Positions 30,949-42,016 of a stretch of 64,000 nt of DNA are shown in pieces. Under the pieces are notes generated by a model. It saw only the letters and a list, made by a program, of their open reading frames with translations, was not told the origin of the DNA and ran no database searches. The DNA is from Oculina patagonica (taxonomy: Eukaryota), in the NCBI RefSeq assembly GCF_052425735.1, contig NC_135767.1, positions 5,952,001 through 6,016,000 of the forward strand, given 5' to 3'. The position numbers and the translations under genes are program-made. Position 1 is the stretch's first letter. Each line of letters opens with the position of its first letter.

Positions 30949-31070
30949 TTATATATAGTTCACTTTGTCACATTTTTCACTTGTGGTACCCTTTTCCATG
31001 TCATTCCCCTAAATTTTGCAATATTTGAGCAAGTGCGCATGCGCTTTTGGGCATCAGGATGATGTCATCA
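30949..31070 (-). promoter_or_regulatory. Putative promoter: TATA box, NRF1-like site and CRE/ATF-like palindrome
   Basis: TATATATAA (30957-30949), GCGCATGCGC (31035-31044), TGATGTCATCA (31060-31070). Confidence 0.45.
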
Positions 31071-31142
31071 TTAATTAGACACTTGGTAAAGTTTGGTAAA
31101 TAGGCTAAAATGATGGTGCTTTTCCAAGCGATTTGCTTTATT

Positions 31143-31583
31143 TTAACCGAACTTTCTACTCCCGTTTGGCAAAATGAGGTCAGACAGATAACATATCAAG
31201 TCGTTGAAGCAATGCTTGAAGCAGAAAAAAAAATTAACAGGCCCGATTGAGTCCGATGTTTCGGGAAAGTTCTTTCGATCGATCGATAAACTTCTGTGAT
31301 CAAATCCTGTTATTTCTCGATTTCTTCTCTTCGCTTCACTTCGCCAGCTTCTGTGGGGGCACAAAAAATTACAGCGCGTTAACTGAGCGTATTTTTTTTG
31401 TAATATCTGTTCTGTTTCGTTTTTTATCGGCCCAAACACTAAATCCTGATTAGGCCGCCATGTTTCTTTCTGCTCGTCCAAGGGCCTGAGAACTAGAAAT
31501 ATGGTTTCCAGACTCTCTCTGAAAATGTCACGCAACTCACGTAAGTCGCTCGCGATTTTGCGTGCCGCTCGCAGGGCAACCAT
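31143..31583 (-). CDS. Possible viral hypothetical protein, 146 aa
   Basis: ATG ORF near the right end, no recognisable motif. Confidence 0.3.
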   Translation of the reverse strand: MVALRAARKIASDLRELRDIFRESLETIFLVLRPLDEQKETWRPNQDLVFGPIKNETEQILQKKYAQLTRCNFLCPHRSWRSEAKRRNREITGFDHRSLSIDRKNFPETSDSIGPVNFFFCFKHCFNDLICYLSDLILPNGSRKFG

Positions 31584-31637
31584 TTTTCTGTCAAAAAAAA
31601 ACGTTTTTGCACTTTGTCAGACAATTTTTGCTTGTTT

Positions 31638-31856
31638 TTAACACGTGTTGTTTGTCAAAAAGTTTGCAAGAAGCTTTTTGTCAAATGTTTTTAACAATTC
31701 GATGGTTTCTTCTCTTATTAAATAGTTTTCCTTTTTTGAGTTTTTCTTGTAATTAGGACGCATAAAGTCTTGTTCTTTTGTGCTGTTTGAGATTTTTTTT
31801 GGGCATGTTGATATGATTGATTTCCTTCCTTTTCCCATTTTATCTTTATTGGGCAT
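31638..31856 (-). CDS. Possible small basic protein, 72 aa, starting at the inner edge of the right TIR
   Basis: ATG lies directly after the TIR-borne TTTTTCAATTAAACAA motif, mirroring the position of polB at the left TIR. Confidence 0.35.
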   Translation of the reverse strand: MPNKDKMGKGRKSIISTCPKKISNSTKEQDFMRPNYKKNSKKENYLIREETIELLKTFDKKLLANFLTNNTC

Positions 31857-32192
31857 TTGTTTAATTGAAAAATAAATCTAGCGCACAGGTGGCGCACTAT
31901 GTTGCTTCGGTCCGTTAGTGATGCCACCAAAAGCCTTTTTTGTAACTCGTGTCACAATAGGGATAAAAAAGCGGCTTGCGATGCGCGCACACATGTACGA
32001 TAGGAGTTATGGACGCAAACCCGCAAACCGTGTGTCAAGGAGCGAGGCGAGCCGCACACACACATGTTCGTTAGGAGTTATGGGCGCAAAACCCGCAAAC
32101 TGTGTGACAAGGAGCGAGGCGAAACTGGGCGAGCCGAGTGAGTTGTCACGGTTTGCGGGTTTTGCGCCATAACTCCTAACGTACATGTGTGT
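31856..32192 (-). repeat. Right terminal inverted repeat: terminal hairpin 32058-32192 plus an extra copy of the inner arm (~31987-32054)
   Basis: Reverse complement of the left end; cacacatgt.cg.taggagttatgg.cgcaaa..ccgcaaac occurs twice in tandem. Confidence 0.9.
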
Positions 32193-33479
32193 GGTCGATA
32201 TACTTACAATTCTGTAAGGCGTAATCCCATTTAAAACACGCTATTTTCCTACTTTTCTGTCCAAGGTAAAACACACTGTTTCCGATAAGGGATTATTTTC
32301 CTCTATAGTCCTTTATTCTCCTACTCACTCCAATCCACGAGCAAGAGGTAAAATCTGATTGGCTGCTATGCCCAAAATGGCGGGAATATCGTGTGATCGC
32401 GTGATCAGATCTTTCGCTAATAAAAACAACCAAAATACCTAAACGAGTTATACGAATTATAGTTTGATCCTTAAAACGTTTGCTGGTTTCATTGTTTTAA
32501 GGAACAAAAGGGTTCCTTTGTTTATCGTTTGTCAAAGAAAATTCCTAAATATGCCGCCAGCAAAACCCTTGTCTTTTTCCATGTGTTATTTTTTCGAAAA
32601 CGAAGGAAAGACCAGCAAAATTAAATACAGGGCAGTGTTGAGCACACGTAAACAAACTTGCATGCGAAATTTAGAGTTGTTTTTGACAATGTTAAATTTG
32701 GCCAAAACTCGATGTGTTGTTATTGCCCTCGGGCCTTCAATTGAAACACCACCAGACAGTTGACCCCCACGCAAGAGCACTCCAGGTTGTCAGGAGGACT
32801 GTCTGGTGTCCGTCTATCAATTTTTAACTTCATATTCTAATTTTAATATCACCTTAAATCTCCAATATTTCTTATTTCTCTAAATTTTACTAATCCTTTG
32901 AGAAAAACTATCTCCTCCCCCAAAAACCCAAAAATTTACAAAATACCGCAAAACATAGATATATGGGATGAGTGAAGCGTTTTTGGATTCCTTGGAACGC
33001 GAACGAGATATTTCTGTTAAACCCATATAAAGCGTTGGGAAAACGGCCTTCAGGTAGAACCCCACCTTAAAAGTACATAAAATTGTAAGTTTTGGACTTT
33101 AGAGTTTCTACTAAAATGGCCAACTCGGCTGCGCCTCATTGACTACTCACTCATAGATAACCTCGGCTCGTGGTCTAACTGTAAATTGGAATTCAAGTAT
33201 TTATACTTGCTTACACTGGAATTAAACTGTGAAAAATATCAACTCCAGGTGGTCAGATCTCTGAACTGGCTGATTACATAATATTTTCCTATCTGTGATG
33301 CAGTTGAAAATAAATTCCTCTGTTATATTTTAAAATGGTACGACTTTATTGGCACCAGGTTTTAATGATACAAGAACCCCTATGCGGTAAATTGATGCAT
33401 GGTTTATAGGTTTTCTCTTATAGTTCTGTTATAGAAGTCGTTGTTTACTTACATCAGAAACCCACAACTCTTATGGGGA

Positions 33480-34491
33480 TCTATTCAAATAACCATGCAT
33501 TCCATCAAGGATGTGCAGATTAATTGCTCTGCGGATGTTTTGAAAGCGGTTTAGAGTCTTGCTGATCATGAGAGACACATGATAAGTGAGGTTATTGTTA
33601 CTGCAATGCATGGTATACCTGCCAACTCTCACGCCTTGGGCGTGAGTCTCACGCCTGTGAGTTGAAAACTTCGATCTCACGCCAACTCACGCTTACGAAC
33701 CAATTTCTCACGCCTAGTCGAAAAATGTGAGTTATTACAACCACAAACGTCACATTTTCCAAAAAATGTAATCTCAAACCAGTGCGAGAAAAGAAAACTC
33801 CATGTAAAATGAGTAAATTGCGATACTTTCCCCGAAATGACAGTTTTGACAAAAAAAGCGTTGGGAACGAGGTCGTGTTTAGCAAAACACGTCCACGTAC
33901 TGGGATCGGAATATTTTCGGAACGTCTTCGGAAAACTTCGGACATCTTCAGAAAACTTCGGACATTGTCGTATCGTCTTCGGAAATCCTGGCACTCTCAG
34001 GATAAAAATCTCACGCCTTTGACCCAGAAAAAGTTGGCAGGTATAGCATGGTTACGTGTGAACATGAACCAACAACGGTTTAATAATGTTGCTTTATTGC
34101 ATGCCCACAAGGCAAGAACAGATAAAATCCGGCTTGTAGATGTAGCGAATGATGAATTTGTTTAACGAACTTAGGTAAATTTACTGATTTAGATTTGTCA
34201 ATGTGCTAAAAGGTAATTATTGGAATTTTCCTTGTGTTTGATGTTTTGTTATTGTAGTTCGAATTTGGTTGTATTTATTAGCCTGATAAATAATAAAATC
34301 ATTCACTGCGTCTGGTATATTGGGATGCATTTTTAGCCATTCTGGGAGCATTTCTTTTAAAAAATTTTCGGGGGAGCATGCCCCCAGACCTCCCTAGACG
34401 GCTTGCGCCTGCGGTCCACGGTACAAATGCCTACGGAATTTGTTTTAACCCCCCCCCCCTCCCCAATCGAAAATATGCCGCGCAGTCCCTG
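33480..34491 (+). mobile_element. Decayed hAT transposon 3' part (C-terminal dimerisation-domain remnant and CCCTG end)
   Basis: 34046-34165 translates as WLRVNMNQQRFNNVALLHAHKARTDKIRLVDVANDEF, resembling the hATC region; element-like end gcagtccctg at 34491. Confidence 0.6.
33614..34045. mobile_element. MITE with 14-bp TIR TATACCTGCCAACT inserted in the hAT remnant
   Basis: gcatgg|TATACCTGCCAACT...AGTTGGCAGGTATA|gcatgg; repeated subterminal TCTCACGCC motifs. Confidence 0.8.
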
Positions 34492-34660
34492 AGAGAATGT
34501 CCCACGTCATATTTATCGGAAAGCAGACTGGGAACTTCTGGTTGCGGGCTCCGCTGGTTTAGTGCCCTGTTTTGCGTTTTGCGGTTCGATTGCTGTTCAT
34601 TTGAAGTGTTACTATACTACATACTGCTTTGTGTATAAGTTTTATTTCATCAGTCTGCTC

Positions 34661-36406
34661 ATGGATTCTTTACTTATACCAATCTCAGATACTGAAGAAC
34701 ATCCATTTTGTACTGAAATGATGAAACGCCTCAATATTCAGCGAAGGAACGAACATTTCTGTGATGTGATTTTAGAAGTTGGTTCTGGTGACGATCAAGC
34801 TCGTTTGAAAGCTCACAGAAATGTGTTATGTGCAGCAAGTCCGTTCTTTTTTAACGCTTTGACCAGTGACATGAAAGAGAAGAAAGAAGGAGTGATCCGA
34901 TTGGAAGACACAAGCAAAGATGTAATGGAAAAAGTCTTGGATTATCTATACACAGGACATGTTGAGATTACTAAAGAGAATGCATTTGAGTTGTTTGCAC
35001 AAGCAGATTATTTTCTGATTTCAAGTCTTAAAGCTTTGTCGAGCAAATTCATTTTACAAACGCTAGATCTTTCCAACTGTATCGTGGCCTACTATTTTTC
35101 CATCAAGTACCAGTGGAAAGAACTCCAGGATGGAGCGAAGGAATTCATTCTTGCTAACTTTGTTGCTGTTGCTGGAACTGAAGACTTCCTGAATCTGAGC
35201 AGCAAAGAAATCGAGGAATGGATTTCAAGTGATACAATCATCGTGAAAGAGGAAGAAGAAGTTTTTCAAGTGATTGTAAAGTGGATGGAGAACAATCAAA
35301 ATAGCAAAGATGTAGATTTTTTGCAGTTGCTTCATCATGTTCGTTGTATTTACCTGTCACGCAACTATGTTTTTAACATCATACTGCAACATCCACTAGT
35401 GAAAGCTAGTACAGCATGCATAGGATTTGTTTTAGATGCCATGGAAGGGGCTACCCATGGTACAGATGAGTGCTTTTTTTCTCAAGCTCCAAGAAATTGC
35501 CTTAAGACACATGAAGATGCTATAGTTGCTTGTGGAAGAAAGAGAACATTGTGTTATCTTCCTTCTGAAAACAAGTGGTATGAGCTGGCCGAGAAGTTAT
35601 CCAATCGTAACCCTTATGATCAAGCTATAACTTCTCTTCACGGTAAATTGTTCATCATTGGAGGACCCTTGAGACTGAGTCAAAATGACACCATAGCAGA
35701 GTGCTTTGACCCATCCCATAACCAGTGGGCTCCTACAAAGCCTCCGGAAATAGTAAAGTGTGGTACAGGTGCTGCCGTACTCCAGGGTTTCTTGTATATT
35801 GTTGGTGGGTACAATGGGTTGGACAACAGGATTAGCACTGTACAGAAGTACAATCCTGATACAAATCAGTGGCAGGATGTCTCCCCCCTGAGTTGTCCCA
35901 GATCAAATATATGTGTAGTGGCTGATGGAAGTTATCTGTATGCCATTGGAGGTTCTGGTTCAAATGGTCCATTCTTGGACATTGTTGAAAGATTTGATCC
36001 CAGAAACAATACTTGGAGGACACTTCCCTCAACTCTAACAAAAAGAGCTTGTGCTTCTGGAACAGCTATAAGACAAAAGGTGTTTGTGTTTGGAGGCCAA
36101 TGGCTATCCACGAGTGGGGTTCCCTGTGAAGTGTATGATCCAGCCACCAATGTGTGGAGTAGCTTTCCAACTGTTATCAGACCAAGATGCTACGCAAGTG
36201 CTGTGAGTTTTAAAGGACAAATATATGTTGTTGGTAATTTTCGAGAAGATCAGAGGGAGGAAGATCAGATGTCAGGCCTGCAAGTGTATGACATTGATAA
36301 AAATGAATGGAAACTCTGTTCAGATGGTCTACCAGGTGGATTCTTTAAAATTTCTACTCTGCGAATATTAAGAGATGTTTTGGCCAAATGCAAGGTACTT
36401 TCATAG
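34661..36406 (+). CDS. Intronless BTB-BACK-Kelch protein (KLHL-like), intact
   Basis: Same domain motifs as 4075-5850; ATG at 34661 (MDSLLIPISD) by alignment with paralogs. Confidence 0.93.
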   Translation: MDSLLIPISDTEEHPFCTEMMKRLNIQRRNEHFCDVILEVGSGDDQARLKAHRNVLCAASPFFFNALTSDMKEKKEGVIRLEDTSKDVMEKVLDYLYTGHVEITKENAFELFAQADYFLISSLKALSSKFILQTLDLSNCIVAYYFSIKYQWKELQDGAKEFILANFVAVAGTEDFLNLSSKEIEEWISSDTIIVKEEEEVFQVIVKWMENNQNSKDVDFLQLLHHVRCIYLSRNYVFNIILQHPLVKASTACIGFVLDAMEGATHGTDECFFSQAPRNCLKTHEDAIVACGRKRTLCYLPSENKWYELAEKLSNRNPYDQAITSLHGKLFIIGGPLRLSQNDTIAECFDPSHNQWAPTKPPEIVKCGTGAAVLQGFLYIVGGYNGLDNRISTVQKYNPDTNQWQDVSPLSCPRSNICVVADGSYLYAIGGSGSNGPFLDIVERFDPRNNTWRTLPSTLTKRACASGTAIRQKVFVFGGQWLSTSGVPCEVYDPATNVWSSFPTVIRPRCYASAVSFKGQIYVVGNFREDQREEDQMSGLQVYDIDKNEWKLCSDGLPGGFFKISTLRILRDVLAKCKVLS

Positions 36407-37184
36407 TCATGGTCAGTGCTTAAGGCTGCATTAATTAACAATTGGGAAGGTAGCAAAGGGAGAGTGGTGATCATATTTCACACACAAATTTTAACAAAAT
36501 TCATGGTTACATAACCTTTCCATAACAGATTTAGTGATAAATTTACAAATCACATTTCTCTTCTACCTATTTTGATGTGTCACGGTCTAAGTTTTGCCCT
36601 CATCACATGCCGCACAGAAACCCTTTGCTATACTCAATTGGGTGTTTTGTTTGTTTTACTGAAAGTCCCAGATATTACTGAGTTATGAAAACATTATGAC
36701 AAGTTACTTCATGTCTTCAAATGTCTGGGTTTAAAAGTTGGAGACATTCAGGAAACAGAGTTTCTGTTTTGCCGATGTTTCACAGCGATGGTTGGCAGTC
36801 ATTTTATTGTCTGGGATGTACAAAATATGTTTAGCTTGGTGTTGAAATATAAATACTTCAAGTCCCAAAACAGACTTTTTTTCCCTTGTTGTTTCTTTGA
36901 AATGGTCAATGTTGGCCATCAGGTCTCCTGTATTTGAATGGCAAACCATCCTCAACCTCATTCCCAGGGCCATGTCTGCACCTGCCTGCCTTGAAAGTGG
37001 AGATGGCCCTGGGGATGAGGTTGAAGGTACTTTCCTGGGTGTGAGGCTGTCCCAGGACCCTAAATGTAGTTCATACTCGTCTGTGAAAGGAAGGGAATAC
37101 CTAGGACTAAGAACCAACTACGAGCGAATCAGCTGTTAGACTAAATAAATATGAAGTGATTGAGCTTTACCAAATGAACAGATA

Positions 37185-37645
37185 AAGTGAAGTCTGCATT
37201 TAGCCAAGTGGCCCATACCACTGGAGCTTATCCTGGTTTCAGTAGCATTAAGCGACTAGGAGTATTTCTACTTCCTTCGGATGGGATACTAGCCTATCGC
37301 AGGTCACCACTTATACACCTGGGCCAGGTTCAAAGCTTGATAAAGCTAATCCAGGATTAGCGTTAATTTTGATTTCAGTTTTTTAGCTTTTTTAGTTTTG
37401 ACGTCAACTTATCTCAAACTCAACAAAATGCTAACAATAAAAACACTTTAACACAAGAAATTGAACCCTCGATTAACTTTTGTTCCTGGGTTAGTGTTAG
37501 TCGGCTTTTGAACAACCCGGCCCTGTGGGGTGGAGAGAAGCACTATGAGGGTAAAGTGTCTTGCCCAAGAACATGACATAATGACTCAAGGGCTCAAACC
37601 CGGACCGCTCGATCCAGAGTCCAGCAAACTAACCATTAGGGTGAG
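37185..37645 (-). mobile_element. tRNA-derived SINE interrupted by a MITE
   Basis: 37526-37640 is the reverse complement of the SINE head/core at 41861-42016; the body resumes at 37320 beyond the insertion. Confidence 0.7.
37322..37522. mobile_element. PIF/Harbinger-type MITE with 3-bp TSD CTG
   Basis: ctg|GGCCAGGTTCAAAG...CTTTTGAACAACCCGGCC|ctg. Confidence 0.65.
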
Positions 37646-38060
37646 GGTAAGGCATTCCTGTCACAGCAATTTATACACAATAACAGGTTGTTTTGCACAT
37701 TTGAGTTTATTTATTTCTCATTAAATTTTTGCCTTAAAAGTCTATTATTTGTACATGTCCAGGTCTTAGCTTGTTTATTAAGTCGGAATCTCTCAGCGAT
37801 AGCGCCGGAGAAGTCGGTTGAAATATCTGGTCAAACTATTGGACTTTTTTGAAGGAGGGATCTGCAAAAAAGGAGAAAACATAAAGCTATATAAAGGAGT
37901 ATATCAGTGTTTCAACTGTCAATACCTGTTAGCACAAAAGTGGGCTTTTTGATTTGTTAATTTAGCATTTTCCCGGGGGGGGGGGGTCACTCCCCTATAT
38001 GGCCTTTACGGGGACATGCCGCTGGATAGGGTATGGTTTTTGACTCCTCCGGCCCTGAAC

Positions 38061-38109
38061 TTTACTTCACTTCACTTGTCCCCTGGCGCCAAGTTGGCGC
38101 ATAGGGCCT
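38061..38109 (-). mobile_element. Extremely 5'-truncated non-LTR retroelement tail (~50 bp)
   Basis: Flanked by the 14-bp duplication ctc(c/t)ggccctgaac (38047-38060, 38110-38123); contains stem-loop GCGCCAA/TTGGCGC and a (GTGAA)n tail; a similar tail lies at ~9150-9187. Confidence 0.55.
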
Positions 38110-40320
38110 CTCTGGCCCTGAACAGGGTATATAATTTCAAGCTCCTCTGTCCTAAACAGGGCCTGAACCTGTCCTAGACAGGGTATAGCTGCAAGACTCA
38201 GTGTCGTCGAGTATTAGCGTTGTTTTCGCTTTCGCTTCAATTTCTGGGATAGGTGTTCGGATTTCAATGCGTCGAACATCGCGTACAGGATGCAATCACA
38301 ATAAAGCGTAAATGATTGTCGATGTTGTCCTTTATCCTAAATAGGGTCTTAAAATAGGGGTTGTTGTCCTACACAGGGTAGGTATTTTAAGTTTTTACTG
38401 TTTTAATCACCAGCGGCACCCCTATACCTAAACATAGGTCAAGTACCCCCTCCCCTCCCCCCCTGGGAGCATTTTTTATTTGCCTGTAGTAAATCACCTT
38501 GAAGTTATGCGATAATTAACAAATGATAAACCCCACAGCTGTGCACTATTTGTTAATTGGTAAAAGAAATACTGTACTGCATTTAAAATGCAAAGTTTTT
38601 GATTAATGTATTGATATTAACAGTCAATTACAACCGCACAGCACTGAGGTCAGTGTTCCTTCACAGTATGTCTTTGATTTTGGTGTTCCCTGTTCCCTAA
38701 AATATGCTCTTGTTCCCGTGTTCCCAGTTTTATTTTCCTTTTGTTCCCATGTTCCCAAAAACATTAATGGCTATGTTCCCTTGTTCCATGAAAACCATGG
38801 GAGAGCCTCAGCCCTTTCTTCTTCAATTACTATAGATTTCCTTATTTTTTTAGATTTTCAACTGATGCATGCAAATATTCACTGAACAACAAAGATATAA
38901 AATCTCCATAAGGCCCATGGAGGGGGGGGGGGAGGGGCTTTTTTCAAGTCATCAGTCAGCCTCTACATGAAAATCATGATTAAAATATAGTGCGTTCTTG
39001 TATCGTAATCAAAGAAAAAAGTAACACAAAACATTACTTTTTGCTACTAACTTAATTCATGTGCGTTTGAGGCACATTTACGATTTTAATAATTAAGTCG
39101 GATGTGTTGCGTGAGGGGTTACGTAAATAGGTTTTTTAATCGCTTAAATGATAGAAAATTTTTTACCGCTGTTATATCAAACGAAAGACTTTAATTAGAC
39201 TTTGCCGTTGATAAGCAGGAACTTCAAACGCGCCCGTTTCTTTTCTCAGCCGTTGTGTTGAAACGAAATGTGACCGATTTTATTTTCAATAAATTCATGC
39301 TAAAACAGCTAGAGAAAATAAAGACAGGAAGGAAAACCTCGATTTTTTTTAAAAAAAAAATAACTAGTAAGCGAGGTATACGTTGTGTTCCCAAATAATT
39401 AACAACATGTGCAACATAACTTAAGCAAATCGTAACTCAGAAATACAGATGGGATCGAACAACCCTTTTGCGAGAAATAAAAAATATCATAATAAAAGGG
39501 CATTTGCGATATAAAAACACAGTTCTCCTTTCATTTTTGCCAATTTTTTACATCCTCTTTAGTAGTCTCCATTTGAAATAATTTCTCAGCACGATGAATT
39601 GTCATGATGTAGGCTGGTGTAGTCTCGTATAATTATTTTGTTCATTGAGTTTATCAGTGCTAATATTTTGATTATTGTAATATCCGGTGTTCAGTTAAGG
39701 AAACCGGTTGAAACTAATCAATGATGACACAATTTTGTCACGCTTCAAAACTCTTGTATATATCTTGTGGTTAGAATATCACCTTTGATACAATTTGGTA
39801 TTCTTCTTTGTTCAGGTGTACGGTAATATTTGATGATGAATATAAAACAAAGCTGTTATCTATCCATAGACTTGAAAAGACGCTACACCTAAATAACAAC
39901 CGCAGAACTCGAAATGTGTGCATTCTTATCTTCTAGCACGCTTTCGCTAAAAAGGTACGTCAGCCATGCTATTCTTTGGGCCTTTATTGTACTGTAACAG
40001 TTCAGGAGAGAAAAACAGTATAATCTCATTTATTTTTTTAACCCGAAAGCAAAGTATGATCAAGCAAATGACAGATCGATCAGTTTAAAATCAAACGTTC
40101 AAAAAAAGGTCAAATTGCCAGATTTAAAAGTATAATGCAATAAACACAGGACCTTTAATAGAAAAGCCCTGTAAAAAAATAAACAAAGCGCAAGAGGGTC
40201 TGTTTTCAGCGACATAAAAAATCATAATTTCAAAAACAAAGCTGCAAGTTGATATTTTTTCCTCAAAGTTTGTACCGCCATCAACTGAACTTCACACACT
40301 CTTTAAACTACCCAAGAACA

Positions 40321-41234
40321 ATGGCGAACTTTACTGGAGAAGGAAACTACACAAGCAAACTGAATCAAGCACTCAGTGTACCACCAGCAGGCATATCAGA
40401 ATTTTTGTCAGCTTTGAATATTTTTCTTTCCTTCACCGCTGCTGTGGGCAATGTTCTGATCCTTTTTTCTCTGAAGAATGTCTCTTCTATTTATCCTCCG
40501 ACAAAACTTTTCTTTCGATGTCTGGCGGTTACTGATCTTTGCGTTGGTCTTATTGTACAACCGCTATTCACAATAGACATAATGTCCCGTATAACTAAGA
40601 TGAACAGGAGCGTTTTGTTTTATGTTTACAAAGCTTATCCAGCTTTAGGGTTCATTTTGTGTGGTATATCTGTTTTAGCATCGACAGCAATAAGCGTGGA
40701 CAGACTTCTCGCCCTGTTGTTGGGGATACGATACAGACACGTCGTAACATTAACTGGCGAGTTCGTGTAGTCATAACTTGTTTTTGGCTAATTGCTGCTT
40801 CAACTGGATTGCTCTGGGTGTGGAGAAGAAAGGTCGCCTACAAGGAAGGCACTGTTATCTTACTTCTTTGCCTGGCAAGCTCGATTTTCTGTTACATGAG
40901 GATCTACCTTAAACTACGACACCAACAAGTCCTTGTACAAAACAATTTCCCCCACGGACAACAGAACGGAGAAGGTATTCCACTAAGCATAGCAAGATAC
41001 AAAAAGACAGTTTCCAGCATTATGTGGGTGCAGTTGGCATTAGTTGCCTGCTATTTTCCGTGGGGCCTTGTGACTGTGCTAGATGCGACTGGAAGAAAAC
41101 ATTTTGTGGCCTGGAAAACTACAACAACTTTAGCTTTCTTAAACTCATCTCTAAACCCGATCTTGTACTGTTGGAAAATCAAGGAAGTGAAACAAGCAGT
41201 TAAAGGCACAATCAGGCAACTTTACCTTTTTTGA
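40321..41234 (+). pseudogene. Class A (rhodopsin-like) GPCR, frameshifted at ~40750-40756
   Basis: GN, LAVTD, DRL, CYFPW and NPILY motifs split across ORFs 40249-40770 and 40659-41234; ttaactggcga here versus ttgaggcga in paralogs. Confidence 0.88.
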
Positions 41235-41860
41235 ATGACTAGCTGCGCAGATGGACATAAAGCTGCAAAGTACAATTGACAGTTCCCAAATAGCGCGAAA
41301 AAACAAACAAACTTGTAGCTGAATTCATTTCATGCAATGTGCAAAATTGCACAAAATTGCCTTTAAATCGAACTGGAAAAGACTGAGACAGCGCTAGATT
41401 AAGAACGATAAACTACAAAACTGTAGACAAAGATGCCCTTTCCATTACGCATCTATTTCACGCAAAGACAACTTTGTTTTTATTTTAATTAAGCTATCAA
41501 GCTATGCCACTGATAAGAATACTTTAGTAAATGTAAATGCGTAGTTCGCTTTCTCGACAGGCGTTGGGATAGGTTTTTACAACAAACATTTTAACAGTTT
41601 ATGACGCTTCCTCTTTGGATAAGTGCGAATCTACTGTTATTATAACCTATACCAGAGGTAAAACTTTTGATAACAGTTTTGTTACTATTCAAGTATAAAC
41701 TGGCGTTATCTCCATGATAGGATAACGCGGTATGTATGATAACAGAAAATTCATCATCCAGTTGGCATTAGAACCCAGTGGAATTACTAATGGGGGAAGC
41801 ACTGTTGTGAAATATTCACTGAAATAAATGGATTTTATTTGAATAAGTTCCTATTTCCAC

Positions 41861-42016
41861 AGTGGCCTAATGGTTAGCGCGCCGGACTCCGGAGCGGACG
41901 TTCCGGGTTCGAGCCCTGGCCGGGGTCACTGTGTTGTGTTCTTGGGCAAGACACTTTACTCTCATAGTGCCTCTCTCCTCCCAGGTGAATAAATGGGTAC
42001 CGGCGAAATAATGCTG
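41861..42016 (+). mobile_element. tRNA-derived SINE (5' part)
   Basis: A box TGGCCTAATGG, B box GGTTCGAGCCC, then SINE core gtgttgtgttcttgggcaagacactttactctc..cccaggtg..aaatgggtacc. Confidence 0.8.

Larger units (their letters stand above)
15951..32192. mobile_element. Endogenous Polinton/Maverick-like virus (adintovirus/PLV-type), 16,242 bp, full length
   Basis: Termini ACACACATGTAC...GTACATGTGTGT flanked by GGTCG at 15946-15950 and 32193-32197 (alternative parse: 7-bp TGGTCGA). Dense intronless ORFs include pPolB, DDE integrase, A32 ATPase and capsid-like genes. Confidence 0.95.

Noticed and set aside
31143-31856. Single interrupted gene joining the 72-aa and 146-aa ORFs
   Set aside because: Same frame, but two stops separate them and there is no homology evidence; left as low-confidence separate ORFs
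15951-32192. Parvovirus/bidnavirus or Helitron identity suggested by hairpin ends
   Set aside because: No HUH endonuclease or SF3/PIF1 helicase motifs; the gene set (pPolB, rve integrase, A32 ATPase) is Polinton-like
15946-32197. Functional link or targeted insertion of the virus into the Kelch cluster
   Set aside because: A single intergenic insertion ~1.9 kb from the nearest copy cannot show targeting, and no host gene capture is visible in the element
41861-41935. tRNA gene
   Set aside because: A and B boxes are present but run directly into a SINE core that also occurs at 37526-37640, and there is no proper acceptor stem or terminator
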